Source: an uncultured Gemmatimonadales bacterium (GTDB lineage Bacteria; Gemmatimonadota; Gemmatimonadetes; Gemmatimonadales; GWC2-71-9). Taken from it: a stretch of 64,000 nucleotides of DNA. Positions 27,625 to 36,733 of this stretch are shown one piece after another. The notes beneath the pieces were generated by a model. It saw only the letters and a program-made list of their open reading frames with translations, was not told the DNA's origin and ran no database searches. Position 1 is the stretch's first letter. Every line of letters begins with the position of its first letter. The position numbers were made by a program, and so were the translations under genes. Location of the stretch: contig CAWGJN010000001.1 of NCBI GenBank assembly GCA_963822925.1, forward strand, positions 345,622 to 409,621, given 5' to 3'.

Positions 27625-28304
27625 GCGTCCTCAGGTGGTGGCGGGTCACCAAACGTCGTGCGCTTCCGCGCTTTCAGCATCCGGCTCAGCGTGGCGCCGC
27701 GCGGAGTCCCGGCATACAACTCGACCAGACGGCTCAACTCGGTCATGGCACGTCCCGGCTCCGCGAGCTGGCCCTCGTAGAGGTTGACGAGGGCGATGCC
27801 CACGCGCAGGTCGTCACTCCGCGAGAGCGGGGCGCCGGCGCGCAGGCTGCTCAACTCGACCGCAGCTCCCTCGGGGTTGTTCATTGGACCGGCGAACAGC
27901 GCCGCCCGGCGCAGGGTGGCTTCGACCCGCTGGCGCGGCTCGGCGGCCCGCTGGCGATACTCTTCAGCGGCGAGGGCATGATGCCCACCCTGCACCAGCG
28001 CCTCGATGCTGGAGTAGTCACCGCCGGCGCCGCGCACGCCGAATCCTTGCAGCGCCCGCGCCGCACCGTCGATGAATGGCGTGAGGAGGCCATTCACCAT
28101 TCCCAGGGTGAACCCGTACACGCCCCAAAGTCCCACGACGAGCTTGAGGAAGCGGGCGTCATGTGCGGCGATCCAGAGTGCGACCGCTACGACGGTGCCG
28201 AAGGCCAGGAGAAATGCCGCAGACACGCGGACGAGCACCAGCGGATCCTCGAGAGAGACCCGCATTCGGTCGAGCGCGCGGTCGAACAGGGATGGAAGTG
28301 TCAA
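27621..28304 (-). CDS. hypothetical membrane protein with helical (TPR-like) C-terminal region
   Basis: Two TM helices followed by an Ala/Arg/Leu-rich helical domain. ATGA-type overlap with the upstream gene. Confidence 0.45.
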   Translation of the reverse strand: MTLPSLFDRALDRMRVSLEDPLVLVRVSAAFLLAFGTVVAVALWIAAHDARFLKLVVGLWGVYGFTLGMVNGLLTPFIDGAARALQGFGVRGAGGDYSSIEALVQGGHHALAAEEYRQRAAEPRQRVEATLRRAALFAGPMNNPEGAAVELSSLRAGAPLSRSDDLRVGIALVNLYEGQLAEPGRAMTELSRLVELYAGTPRGATLSRMLKARKRTTFGDPPPPEDA

Positions 28305-28416
28305 GCGACCGAACTTAAGGCGCGCAGGAAGACGGCGGCAAGTTGACAGGGCGTGGTGTGCTCCCTAAATCCCGTGGTCGCCAGCCGCATTCTCTTCCCG
28401 TACCAGGACTGCCCGC

Positions 28417-29466
28417 GTGACCGACCGCCCCAACCGACGTTCGTTCCTTGGCTCGGCCAGCACCCTGGCCGCGGTGCTGGCCTTGCCCTCCGTATCGAAA
28501 ACCCGCCTTGCTGGGGCACCGGCCATTCGTCGCGCCCCGCCAGCCCAGCCGGTGGCGATCAGCTCAGCCAACAGCCTCGCACCGGTGACGCGCACGGCCG
28601 AGCTGGTGCTCCAGGGCGCGGACACGCTGGATGCCGCCGTGGAAGGCGTGAAGATCCAGGAGCTCGACCCGAAGGACGATTCGGTGGGCTACGGTGGCCT
28701 GCCCAACGCTGACGGGGTGGTGCAGCTCGACTGCTCCTGCATGCACGGCCCCACCCACCGTGCCGGGGCCGTCGGGGCGCTCGAGGGCATCAAGACGCCG
28801 AGCGAAGTGGCGCGGCTGGTGCTCAAGTACACCAACCACATCCTGCTCGTGGGCGAGGGCGCAAAGCGGTTCGCGCTGTCGTACGGATTCAGGGAAGAGG
28901 ATCTGCTCACCCCCGAGTCGCGTCAGAAGTGGCTGGTGTGGCGGGCCAATCGCGGGCCGGACGACGACTGGCTGCAGGTGCCCGATACGGAGCCGATGGT
29001 GGTCCGTCCCACCGGCACGATCAACCTGAACGTGGTGAGCCCGAAGGGCGACATCTCGTCGATCACTACGACGAGCGGCCTCGCCTGGAAACTCCCGGGC
29101 CGGGTGGGCGATTCCGCGATCGTGGGCGCCGGCCAGTACACGGACAACGACGTTGGCGCAGCGGGCTCCACCGGGCGGGGCGAGTCGAACATCATGGTGT
29201 GCGGCGGCTTCCTGACGGTGGAAGCGATGCGTCGCGGGCTCAAACCGACCGACGCCTGCCTGGAGACCCTCAAACGCGCGGTGGCGATGTCGCCGTCGCG
29301 GCTGATCAACGCCCAGGGACGGCCGACGTTCGGGCTCACGATGTACGCGGTGAACAAGCTGGGTGAGTTCGGCGCGGCGTCGATGTATCCCAGCAAGTTC
29401 GCTGTACACGACGGCAAGACCGCGCGGTTCGTGGATACGGCGTACCTGTTCGAGCGCGCGAAGTGA
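28417..29466 (+). CDS. Tat-exported Ntn-hydrolase, asparaginase_2 family (isoaspartyl peptidase/glycosylasparaginase-like)
   Basis: Twin-arginine signal RRSFLGSAS. Family-like blocks around the candidate nucleophile Thr in PTGTINL. Confidence 0.65.
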   Translation: MTDRPNRRSFLGSASTLAAVLALPSVSKTRLAGAPAIRRAPPAQPVAISSANSLAPVTRTAELVLQGADTLDAAVEGVKIQELDPKDDSVGYGGLPNADGVVQLDCSCMHGPTHRAGAVGALEGIKTPSEVARLVLKYTNHILLVGEGAKRFALSYGFREEDLLTPESRQKWLVWRANRGPDDDWLQVPDTEPMVVRPTGTINLNVVSPKGDISSITTTSGLAWKLPGRVGDSAIVGAGQYTDNDVGAAGSTGRGESNIMVCGGFLTVEAMRRGLKPTDACLETLKRAVAMSPSRLINAQGRPTFGLTMYAVNKLGEFGAASMYPSKFAVHDGKTARFVDTAYLFERAK

Positions 29467-30653
29467 AGGAAGCAAGAGACCTAGCAGCAGGGCGGCAAGG
29501 CGGCAGGACGGCAGGAGTGCTGCTTCTGTTCGCGGTGCTCCTGGGCGTCGTTCCCGCTGCGGCGCAGGGGATCTCGACGAAGAAGGCTTATCCCGGGCAG
29601 TGGCTGACCAGCTACTACCCGTTCATCGCGACACTGCCCAACAACGGGCCGAGCTTCGAGCTGCGGGCGCAGCACTGGCAGATGGCCCCGTACGAGGCAC
29701 CGGTCACGGCGGCCGTCCTGTTCAGCGGCCGGGCGGCGTGGGCGCCCTGGGGCGGGAGCTGGCTGGTGGATGTGGGAATGGAAGCGCCGCTGCTCGGGCC
29801 GGGATGGCGACTCATGGCGGATGTGCGCGCTGGCACTGAGACCCGATACGGTTTCTACGGCCTCGGCAACACCGATGATATCGATCCCGACGCCACCAAG
29901 GATACCGAGCCGTTCCTCTATCGCGTGGAGCGGGGACTCTATGCTGCAACGGTGGATCTGACCCGCCGGATCATCGGGCCGCTCAGCGCATCCGTGATGC
30001 TCAATGGCGCCATCGCCGATTACACCTCGCTCTCCCCCACGTCGCTGTTCGAGCTTACCTACGGACCAGAGCTCAACCAGACGGAGGGCTCGGTTACCGG
30101 CGCGCTGGTGCTCGACCTGCGCGACAACGAGTACGACACGAAGAAGGGACTGCTGGTGGAGGCGGGCGGCCAGTACGGAGGCTCCGAACGGAAATATTCG
30201 CGCTGGTATGGCATCGCGCGAGGCTGGTTCCCGGCGACGAAGAGCACGGTGCTGGCTGCCAGAGTCTTTGCCACCAACATCGGCGGGACACCCACGCTGC
30301 TTTCGCAGGAAGTGGTGCCCGGCTGGGAATCACCCTATGCGACACTCGGCGGCGAGGACTCACACCGAGCACTGCCCTTTGGCCGGTTCACCGGCTCGGG
30401 GCTGATTGGCACCAACGTCGAGGTACGGCAGGACGTCATCGCAAAGGGTGAATACGGCGCGCTGGGCATCGTGCTGTTCATGGATGCGGGCCGATCATAC
30501 CAGAACGACTTCAAGGTGACGTTCGACGACTGGACGGTGGGTGGCGGGGGCGGTGTGGTGTTAAGAATCCTTCGAGGCAACGTGTTCATCCTGACCTATG
30601 GCATCACGAAGAACGAGAGCCACGTCGGGTTCAGGACTGGCTGGATGTTCTAA
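29463..30653 (+). CDS. Omp85/surface-antigen (D15)-like outer-membrane beta-barrel protein
   Basis: Signal peptide, alternating beta pattern, and a C-terminal ...HVGFRTGWMF aromatic terminus. Confidence 0.5.
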   Translation: MKEARDLAAGRQGGRTAGVLLLFAVLLGVVPAAAQGISTKKAYPGQWLTSYYPFIATLPNNGPSFELRAQHWQMAPYEAPVTAAVLFSGRAAWAPWGGSWLVDVGMEAPLLGPGWRLMADVRAGTETRYGFYGLGNTDDIDPDATKDTEPFLYRVERGLYAATVDLTRRIIGPLSASVMLNGAIADYTSLSPTSLFELTYGPELNQTEGSVTGALVLDLRDNEYDTKKGLLVEAGGQYGGSERKYSRWYGIARGWFPATKSTVLAARVFATNIGGTPTLLSQEVVPGWESPYATLGGEDSHRALPFGRFTGSGLIGTNVEVRQDVIAKGEYGALGIVLFMDAGRSYQNDFKVTFDDWTVGGGGGVVLRILRGNVFILTYGITKNESHVGFRTGWMF

Positions 30654-30657
30654 CTGC

Positions 30658-30730
30658 GGTGAACGGTAAGAGGGTGAACGGTGAACGGGGCTGCCGTTCC
30701 TGTTTACCGTTCACTGTTTACCGTTTACAC
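30658..30730. repeat. composite inverted repeat: 3x GTGAACGG(T) facing 3x CCGTT(C/T)AC
   Basis: Left arm 30658-30690, right arm 30694-30730, between convergent genes. The right arm overlaps the last codons of 30711..31271. Confidence 0.6.
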
Positions 30731-31271
30731 TGTTCAGCACCTCGCGCACCGTCGTCTCGCCCTTGTCACGCGCGTACCAGCGGCGTTCCTCCTTCACGAC
30801 TTCGGCCTTCGTGAGCCGCGGCCGATTGGCCATGACCCAGGCCTGAAGCTCCGACGGCCGGGGGCCCCACCGGCCGATGTCGCGGAACTCCTCATCCAGG
30901 ATGATCAGGACCGGAATGGAGCGCGAGCCGTTGGTCAGGTAGCGGTCCATGATGTGCGGATTGGATTCGCGGAGGATCAGCCGCAAGTCGACACCGGGGA
31001 CCGCCTCCGCCACCCGGGCCAGGAATGGCAGCGTGTTCGAGGTATCCATGCACCAGTCCTCGGTGATCGCGAGGAGGTGCAACTTGCGGCCATCGACGAG
31101 TCCCGCGGCCCATTCGGGGGACTTCGCGTGACGGTAGATACCCTGCCAAAGCGCCTGGTGCTCCGGCCTGGCCCCAGCCACGAACTGGTCGAACGTCATC
31201 GCGTCCTGCCAGATCTGCCTGAAGTCGAGCGGCTCGAGTGTGCTTCCGCCGACCGGCACACTGCCTTCCAT
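30711..31271 (-). CDS. thioredoxin-fold protein with monothiol WCMDT motif
   Basis: ATG at 31271, 4 nt after the upstream stop. 'ITEDWCMDTSNTLP' occupies the position of a CxxC motif. Confidence 0.55.
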   Translation of the reverse strand: MEGSVPVGGSTLEPLDFRQIWQDAMTFDQFVAGARPEHQALWQGIYRHAKSPEWAAGLVDGRKLHLLAITEDWCMDTSNTLPFLARVAEAVPGVDLRLILRESNPHIMDRYLTNGSRSIPVLIILDEEFRDIGRWGPRPSELQAWVMANRPRLTKAEVVKEERRWYARDKGETTVREVLNSVNGKQ

Positions 31272-31275
31272 GCGG

Positions 31276-32418
31276 CTAGAGCTCCTCGATGACGACACCT
31301 CGTGCAGCAAGCCCATTCACATAGTCCGCGAAGGGGATCGCCTCGTCGGGCGTGTGCACGCCCTTGAGCCTGACCCGTCCATCGGCCTGCATCTGCCCCG
31401 TGAGGGACAGCGAGTAGGCCGTGGCACGCATCATAGCCGAAATACCATGAACGGCATCGTAATAATCAATGAGACGAAACGTAACGTCGGACTTCTTGCC
31501 ATTCTTGATACCCGACACTTTCACCAGGAGTGCCACAAGGTCCCGGCCCTCCGGCTTGTACAGCTTGGGATGCACCGCCGCGATGAACACGTCGCGCGGA
31601 ACCACCTGCTGACCCTTCACCGTGATGGGTGAGTTGGCCAGCAGGCCCAGCTCCCGGATCGGACGCATGACCGCGACATGGCCAGGATAGCGGAGCGTCT
31701 TGTACTCCATGACGTCGACCTGGCCCTCGTACTTGAATGGCAACGTGCTGATTCCGCCTGCCGTATGGAACGCCTCGAGGGGACCCACCGGTTGCGGGAA
31801 CTCCACGGTCTCGAGTTCGCTCAGGGCATCGACCTGGGCCGGCTTGCCATCGCGCAGGACCCATGAGGGCGTGGTGTAGTAGTCGAGCGCGCCTTCGAGC
31901 GAATAGACGATCTGGTAGTTGAGCGGAGGCTCGGGATGCTGCGGAAGCCCGCCGACGTAGATGCGAACACGCTCCGTCGCATCAAGCCGGCGAATCCCCT
32001 CGGCGGCCAGGATGGCGACCATCCCAGGCGCGAGCCCGCAGTCGGGGATGATCGAAAGGCCCTTCGCCGCGGCGGCCGCGTCGAGCTTCTTCTGCTCGAA
32101 CACGATCTCGGTATTGCCGCCCAGGTCGCTGAAATGGCAGCCGCACTCGACGGCGAGCGCCGCCATGGGCCCGTTGAAGTAGTAGGGCAAGGCGCTCATC
32201 ACCGCGTCATGGCCGGTCATGATCTTCCGCACCGCCGCGTGATCGGAGCCGTCGAGCTGCTTCAGGATCAGCTTGTCGCTGCGGGCCCGTTCCAGGAACG
32301 GAGGGAGGCGACCGACCTTCAAGTCGGCAAGCGTAACCTGGGTGACACCTTCGCTCTGAAGGAGATCATATGCGCACGCCGATCCCTGCAAACCAGCCCC
32401 GAGAACGAGCATCTTCAT
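31276..32418 (-). CDS. saccharopine dehydrogenase family oxidoreductase
   Basis: N-terminal Rossmann MKMLVLGAGLQGSA; 380 aa. Confidence 0.7.
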   Translation of the reverse strand: MKMLVLGAGLQGSACAYDLLQSEGVTQVTLADLKVGRLPPFLERARSDKLILKQLDGSDHAAVRKIMTGHDAVMSALPYYFNGPMAALAVECGCHFSDLGGNTEIVFEQKKLDAAAAAKGLSIIPDCGLAPGMVAILAAEGIRRLDATERVRIYVGGLPQHPEPPLNYQIVYSLEGALDYYTTPSWVLRDGKPAQVDALSELETVEFPQPVGPLEAFHTAGGISTLPFKYEGQVDVMEYKTLRYPGHVAVMRPIRELGLLANSPITVKGQQVVPRDVFIAAVHPKLYKPEGRDLVALLVKVSGIKNGKKSDVTFRLIDYYDAVHGISAMMRATAYSLSLTGQMQADGRVRLKGVHTPDEAIPFADYVNGLAARGVVIEEL

Positions 32419-32502
32419 TCGAGTCTCAGCCTATGCATAAAGTCCTGAAATGGCTGCACTTACGGAAGCCGGTGAAGATAGCCGGAAGAGCCCTTCCTCT
32501 CA

Positions 32503-32512
32503 ACACCGGTGT
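32503..32512. promoter_or_regulatory. perfect 10-bp palindrome ACACCGGTGT in a divergent promoter region (candidate TetR operator)
   Basis: Located 47 nt upstream of the tetR-family ATG and about 85 nt upstream of the divergent saccharopine dehydrogenase start. Confidence 0.3.
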
Positions 32513-32558
32513 CATTGGTGAGTGAGGACTCAGCCTCCACGGCATTACATTACCAGAG

Positions 32559-33191
32559 ATGACCGTACCCACGACCGTACCGCGCAAACGGGATGGCGAA
32601 GCGACCCGCCAGCGGCTGCTCCGCGCAGCGCTCGACCTGTATACCACCGTCGGATTCCGGGGGACCACGACCCCTGCCATCGCCACACGTGCCGGCGTGG
32701 CGGAAGGCACTATCTATCGGCACTTCACCAGCAAGGAACACCTGCTCAACGAGGTGTACCGGGGCGCCCAGATATGGGCGAGCACCATCATCCGGGAGAT
32801 CGAGGAGCAGGAAAAGACCGCGCGTGCTTCGGATCGGCTGCAGCGCGTGGCACGACGCTTTTTCGAGGCAACGGCACGCGACCCTTCGGCGCTTAGGATG
32901 CTGCTGTACAGCGCGAGCGAGAAAAGCCTTGACGATAAGAGCCGGGAAGCAGCGCGCGAATTCAGGGAAGGACTGCAGCAGATCATCGCGAGCGGAAAAT
33001 CGGATGGCCTGGTGCGCCCGGGGCCGGCGGATCTGTGGGCATCGGCGTGGCTGTCGCTCATCGCCTTTGCCGCCGAGAAGGTTGCGAGCCGGGAGTGGCC
33101 CCCGGATCACCCCCACCTGCAGCTGCTGATCGACTCCGCGTGGGACGCGGTATCCAGCGAGCCGCGGGCTAGGGTTGCCGCCGACCCGTGA
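32559..33191 (+). CDS. TetR/AcrR family transcriptional regulator
   Basis: N-terminal HTH: RQRLLRAALDLYTTVGFRGTTTPAIATRAGVAEGTIYRHFTSKEHLL. Confidence 0.85.
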   Translation: MTVPTTVPRKRDGEATRQRLLRAALDLYTTVGFRGTTTPAIATRAGVAEGTIYRHFTSKEHLLNEVYRGAQIWASTIIREIEEQEKTARASDRLQRVARRFFEATARDPSALRMLLYSASEKSLDDKSREAAREFREGLQQIIASGKSDGLVRPGPADLWASAWLSLIAFAAEKVASREWPPDHPHLQLLIDSAWDAVSSEPRARVAADP

Positions 33192-33930
33192 AGACCGTCA
33201 GGTCGCGTGGATTGACCAGCGACTGACGCCAGCGGACCATCCGCTCCTTCCCCGGACCCACCGGCCGTATCAGCAGTTCCCCGTTCACCTCATATCCGAG
33301 CGAGTCATCACCCCAGCGCACCGGATCGGTGGCGCCCTGGGCGATCATCACGGGCGGTCCCGAGTCGGGATAAACACAAAGCGCGGCACCCGTCTCACAC
33401 GTGGCCACGCGGGCGAAGGCCGGTGACCCGACGCGCACACTCAGTGCTTCTTCCGCGGCGCGCCTGCCTGCGGCCGGCACTTCCGCAGGCTCGGCCGGAT
33501 ATGGCGGGGCGTTGACGCGGAAGATGGTCCGGGTGGTCCGGACCATCAGCGCGCGACCGGCTTCCGCCCACGCGAGTTCCAGTGGCGCCCCGGAGCTGTC
33601 GGGCAGCTCGATCTCGCGCTCCGAGCCGTTGAGCAGGTTCATGAGCCAGATGCGGGTGCGTGCGGTGTCAGCCTGTTCGCGCGAGCGGAGGAAGGCGATG
33701 ACGTCGCCGGAGGGAGAAAGGCGCGGTGACCACTCGGCGGGGAGCGAGAAGGTGAGCTGGACGAGCTCAGAACCCTCGGGACTCATGGCCCAGAGGTCGC
33801 CGCGGCCATCGGGGGCATCGGCGACCAGCACTACGTAAGGATCGCGACCCACCTCGAAGGTATGCCGCAGCGGTGGAAGGCCGCTGCAAGCCGTGAGCAC
33901 AGCGCCGAGAAGCACGGCGCTACGGCGCAC
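33169..33930 (-). CDS. hypothetical lipoprotein with PD40/TolB-like beta-propeller repeats
   Basis: GTG at 33930 gives VRRSAVLLGAVLTAC. A 'SPDG..IAF' style repeat (SPSGDVIAFL) is present. The ORF track extends to 33975. Confidence 0.4.
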   Translation of the reverse strand: MRRSAVLLGAVLTACSGLPPLRHTFEVGRDPYVVLVADAPDGRGDLWAMSPEGSELVQLTFSLPAEWSPRLSPSGDVIAFLRSREQADTARTRIWLMNLLNGSEREIELPDSSGAPLELAWAEAGRALMVRTTRTIFRVNAPPYPAEPAEVPAAGRRAAEEALSVRVGSPAFARVATCETGAALCVYPDSGPPVMIAQGATDPVRWGDDSLGYEVNGELLIRPVGPGKERMVRWRQSLVNPRDLTVFTGRRQP

Positions 33931-35536
33931 GCTCGACCTTGGCCTGGAGCAGCCACTTGTGGTTGGGATCCACAATCACCGATGTCGGCGCCTGCGTGGC
34001 GGGGACCGTCACCCTGGTACTGGCGCCGCTGGCATCCACCGTCACCACCTTGCCACCCACGTCGATCTCCAGCTTCGGGAGCCGGCGAAGACCCCACGCC
34101 GGCGGCTGAACCTGGAGAATCTCGAGGTCGACCGCGGTTCCGTTCGGGCGCCAGCGCACGGTGAGCATGGGATAGCCGGGCAGCATGAGCGCCTGGGTAA
34201 AGAACCATCCCAACTGTTGCCCAGATGTTTCCTCCATGACACGCTCAAAGTCGGCCGACAGCGCCGTGCCGTTTCGGAACCGGCTGTAGTACAGCTGGAG
34301 CCCCTTGAAGAACGCGGAATCGCCGACGAGGCCGCGCAACTCGTTCAACACCCAGGCACCCTTGGGATAGTTGTTGGTGCTGAGCAGGCCCATGAGGTCA
34401 GTCGCCGTCGTATCGACGATAGGCGTCTCGGTGACCGGGTTGTTCACCTTCACGCCGTCCTTGCCCTTCTGGTAGAACACCGCCTCGGCGTGATGCTGCA
34501 TCTTGGCCTGGAAGGCGCTGTCGCCATGCACGTGTCCCAGCCAGAGCGCCGCCAGGTAGGTTGCGAACCCTTCCGAGAGCCAGAGGTGATGCCAGTCGGC
34601 CTCGGTGACGGCATCCCCGAACCATTGGTGCGCAGTCTCGTGCGCGATGATCTCCTCGCCCACGTTCCTCGCCCGGTACATCTGCGCGGCGTAGAAGATT
34701 GCGGTGGCGTTCTCCATGCCGCCGAAGCGGGTGCTCGTCTCCACATGCGCCAGGCTCGGATACGGGAACGGACCAATGATGCCGCTGAAGTACTCGACGA
34801 TGCCCGGAGCCACACTGAACGCCTCGGCGGCGTAGGCCGAGTCCGGCGGATAGGACCAGGCCGTCTGGGGCACGCAGGGGACACTGCACGACGTCGGGGT
34901 CAGCCGGGTCACCGCCATGCGTGCGGCGCCAAAGACGAAGTTGGACGGGGGAATCCTGGTCTCGAGCCGGTACTGCCAGGCTGCGCGGTCGCGGGCCAGG
35001 GTGTCGACCTTCACCAGCGTGCCGTTGGCGATCACCTCGAGGTCGAGCGGTACCTCGACCCGGAAGTTCACCTCGGCCTTGTCGGAAGGGTGGTCCTGCA
35101 CCGGCAGCCACAGATGGGCGCGGTCGGGCCAGTTGTCGGCAAAGAATGTTCGATTGCCGCTGGAATCGACCCGTACCACGAGCCCATCGCTCGCCACGCC
35201 GTGATAGCGGATGCGGGTGCGCAGCGTGTCGCCGGCCTGCTTGTCGTGGGGGATGTAGACGATGTTGCCCTGGCGGCCGTACGCGGTACGGTGCACCCGG
35301 GTGTTTTCGCGGCCATCGATGAGCACGCGCACGACACGCATGGCGGAATCGAGCGGCACCACCACGGGGGCATCCGATCCCAGGACCCACAGCGTCTCCA
35401 CTTCACCCACGATGTGGGCACCGGTGTCGCTCACGGCGATGAGGATGTCGTAGCGGATGGCATCGTGCGTGGTCTTGACGGTGTCGGCACGCACCGAGAG
35501 CGGGCCCTGCAATGCCAGGAGAAGAGCGAGGATCAT
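33920..35536 (-). CDS. M1-family zinc aminopeptidase
   Basis: ATG at 35536 overlaps the upstream stop (ATGA). Signal peptide, FGGMEN motif, and HETAHQWFG-x18-E (WLSEGFATY). Confidence 0.85.
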   Translation of the reverse strand: MILALLLALQGPLSVRADTVKTTHDAIRYDILIAVSDTGAHIVGEVETLWVLGSDAPVVVPLDSAMRVVRVLIDGRENTRVHRTAYGRQGNIVYIPHDKQAGDTLRTRIRYHGVASDGLVVRVDSSGNRTFFADNWPDRAHLWLPVQDHPSDKAEVNFRVEVPLDLEVIANGTLVKVDTLARDRAAWQYRLETRIPPSNFVFGAARMAVTRLTPTSCSVPCVPQTAWSYPPDSAYAAEAFSVAPGIVEYFSGIIGPFPYPSLAHVETSTRFGGMENATAIFYAAQMYRARNVGEEIIAHETAHQWFGDAVTEADWHHLWLSEGFATYLAALWLGHVHGDSAFQAKMQHHAEAVFYQKGKDGVKVNNPVTETPIVDTTATDLMGLLSTNNYPKGAWVLNELRGLVGDSAFFKGLQLYYSRFRNGTALSADFERVMEETSGQQLGWFFTQALMLPGYPMLTVRWRPNGTAVDLEILQVQPPAWGLRRLPKLEIDVGGKVVTVDASGASTRVTVPATQAPTSVIVDPNHKWLLQAKVERAP

Positions 35537-35976
35537 TCGTCCCTGAGGCTCAGCGTGAAGTGGTAGGCGTTGATGTGCATTCCCTCGCGAAAATAGAAGC
35601 GATGCGCGCGGAAACGATGCACACCCGAGTCGAGGTCGAAGGTATCGCAATCCCTCTCGCGGGCGTATTGGATGAGCCACCGCAGCATGGCACCGCCGTA
35701 CGCGTGCGACCGGCTGGACTCCGCGGTGACGAGATCATCGACGTAGAGGTTCTTTCCGCGCGCGAGGAGCACGTTGATCCGGAATCCCGCCACGGCGCGC
35801 ACCTCGCCGCCGGCCTCGAGCGCCGCCAGCAGAAAACCCTCCTTCTGCATGGCGCGGACGAGCCGCACGAAGGTGTGGGCTTCCAGGTGCGGCCGGAGCT
35901 CGAGCATCACGGAGAAGCAGCGCTCGATCTGGGCATCGGTTTCCGCCAGCCAGATCGTGGCCGCCGGTGCGGTCAC
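35533..35976 (-). CDS. GNAT family N-acetyltransferase
   Basis: 147 aa with GNAT-like motif A region. Confidence 0.7.
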   Translation of the reverse strand: MTAPAATIWLAETDAQIERCFSVMLELRPHLEAHTFVRLVRAMQKEGFLLAALEAGGEVRAVAGFRINVLLARGKNLYVDDLVTAESSRSHAYGGAMLRWLIQYARERDCDTFDLDSGVHRFRAHRFYFREGMHINAYHFTLSLRDE

Positions 35977-36272
35977 GCGGACACCTCGAGGTCGACCGCG
36001 AGGCGGGCCTCGCGGATCGGGGCCAGAAACTGCTTCACGACGTCCAGGTGCACCGGATTGTCGGTGTAACGCTGCACCGCCGGCATGTCATCGACCACAA
36101 CCAGAAGTGCGTGAGAGTACTCCGCCCGACTGGGGCCGAGGTTGGGCCCGAATGAAACGGCGCGGACCTCGGGAATGCGGCCAGTCATGCCGATGAGCGC
36201 CGAACCCGCGGCATTCACCTGGTCGGGCGTGGCGGACGCGGTCCAGCGGAAGAGGACGACGTGGTGGATCAC
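35973..36272 (-). CDS. Dabb (stress-responsive A/B barrel) family protein
   Basis: Dabb pattern 'IHHVVLFRW...'. GTG at 36272 gives about 99 aa. The ORF track extends to 36368. Confidence 0.55.
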   Translation of the reverse strand: MIHHVVLFRWTASATPDQVNAAGSALIGMTGRIPEVRAVSFGPNLGPSRAEYSHALLVVVDDMPAVQRYTDNPVHLDVVKQFLAPIREARLAVDLEVSA

Positions 36273-36383
36273 GTTGGGGTCGAGAGTCGAGGGTACGGGG
36301 TCGAGAACTGCGCTGCGGAACGGGAGGAAGTTACCCCGGCAACGGCCGGGCGCGAAAAGGGCGGGCACTGGGCCCGCCCCGAG

Positions 36384-36536
36384 CTACAAGGGTTTGCGCT
36401 GGGTTCGAGCGCGGAAAGCCTTGTCAGCCTGGTGATCGATGTACTCGCCGTCGATGGGGGAGGAGTGGAGGCCCCACCAGATCAGCGCCACCGCCGCAAT
36501 CGCGGCCATGGCCATGCCCAACGTTGCACCGTCCAT
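36384..36536 (-). CDS. 50-aa single-TM small protein
   Basis: ATG at 36536 preceded by AAGGAGGA at optimal spacing. TM helix LGMAMAAIAAVALIWWGL. Confidence 0.45.
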   Translation of the reverse strand: MDGATLGMAMAAIAAVALIWWGLHSSPIDGEYIDHQADKAFRARTQRKPL

Positions 36537-36733
36537 GGCAGATCCTCCTTCGCTGGGGTCGGTGTGCGGCGCCGACCACACGCTACCTGCGCCGACTCGC
36601 TGAAAGAGATATGCCAGCATGAACCTGATGGTATGGCATCACTTCGCCGCGGAGGTGCACGTTTCGTCGCTGCACGTGCGGCACTCTCGCCATAGCACGC
36701 AAGCGGCGATGCACTGGCGCTGTCGCGACGGCG

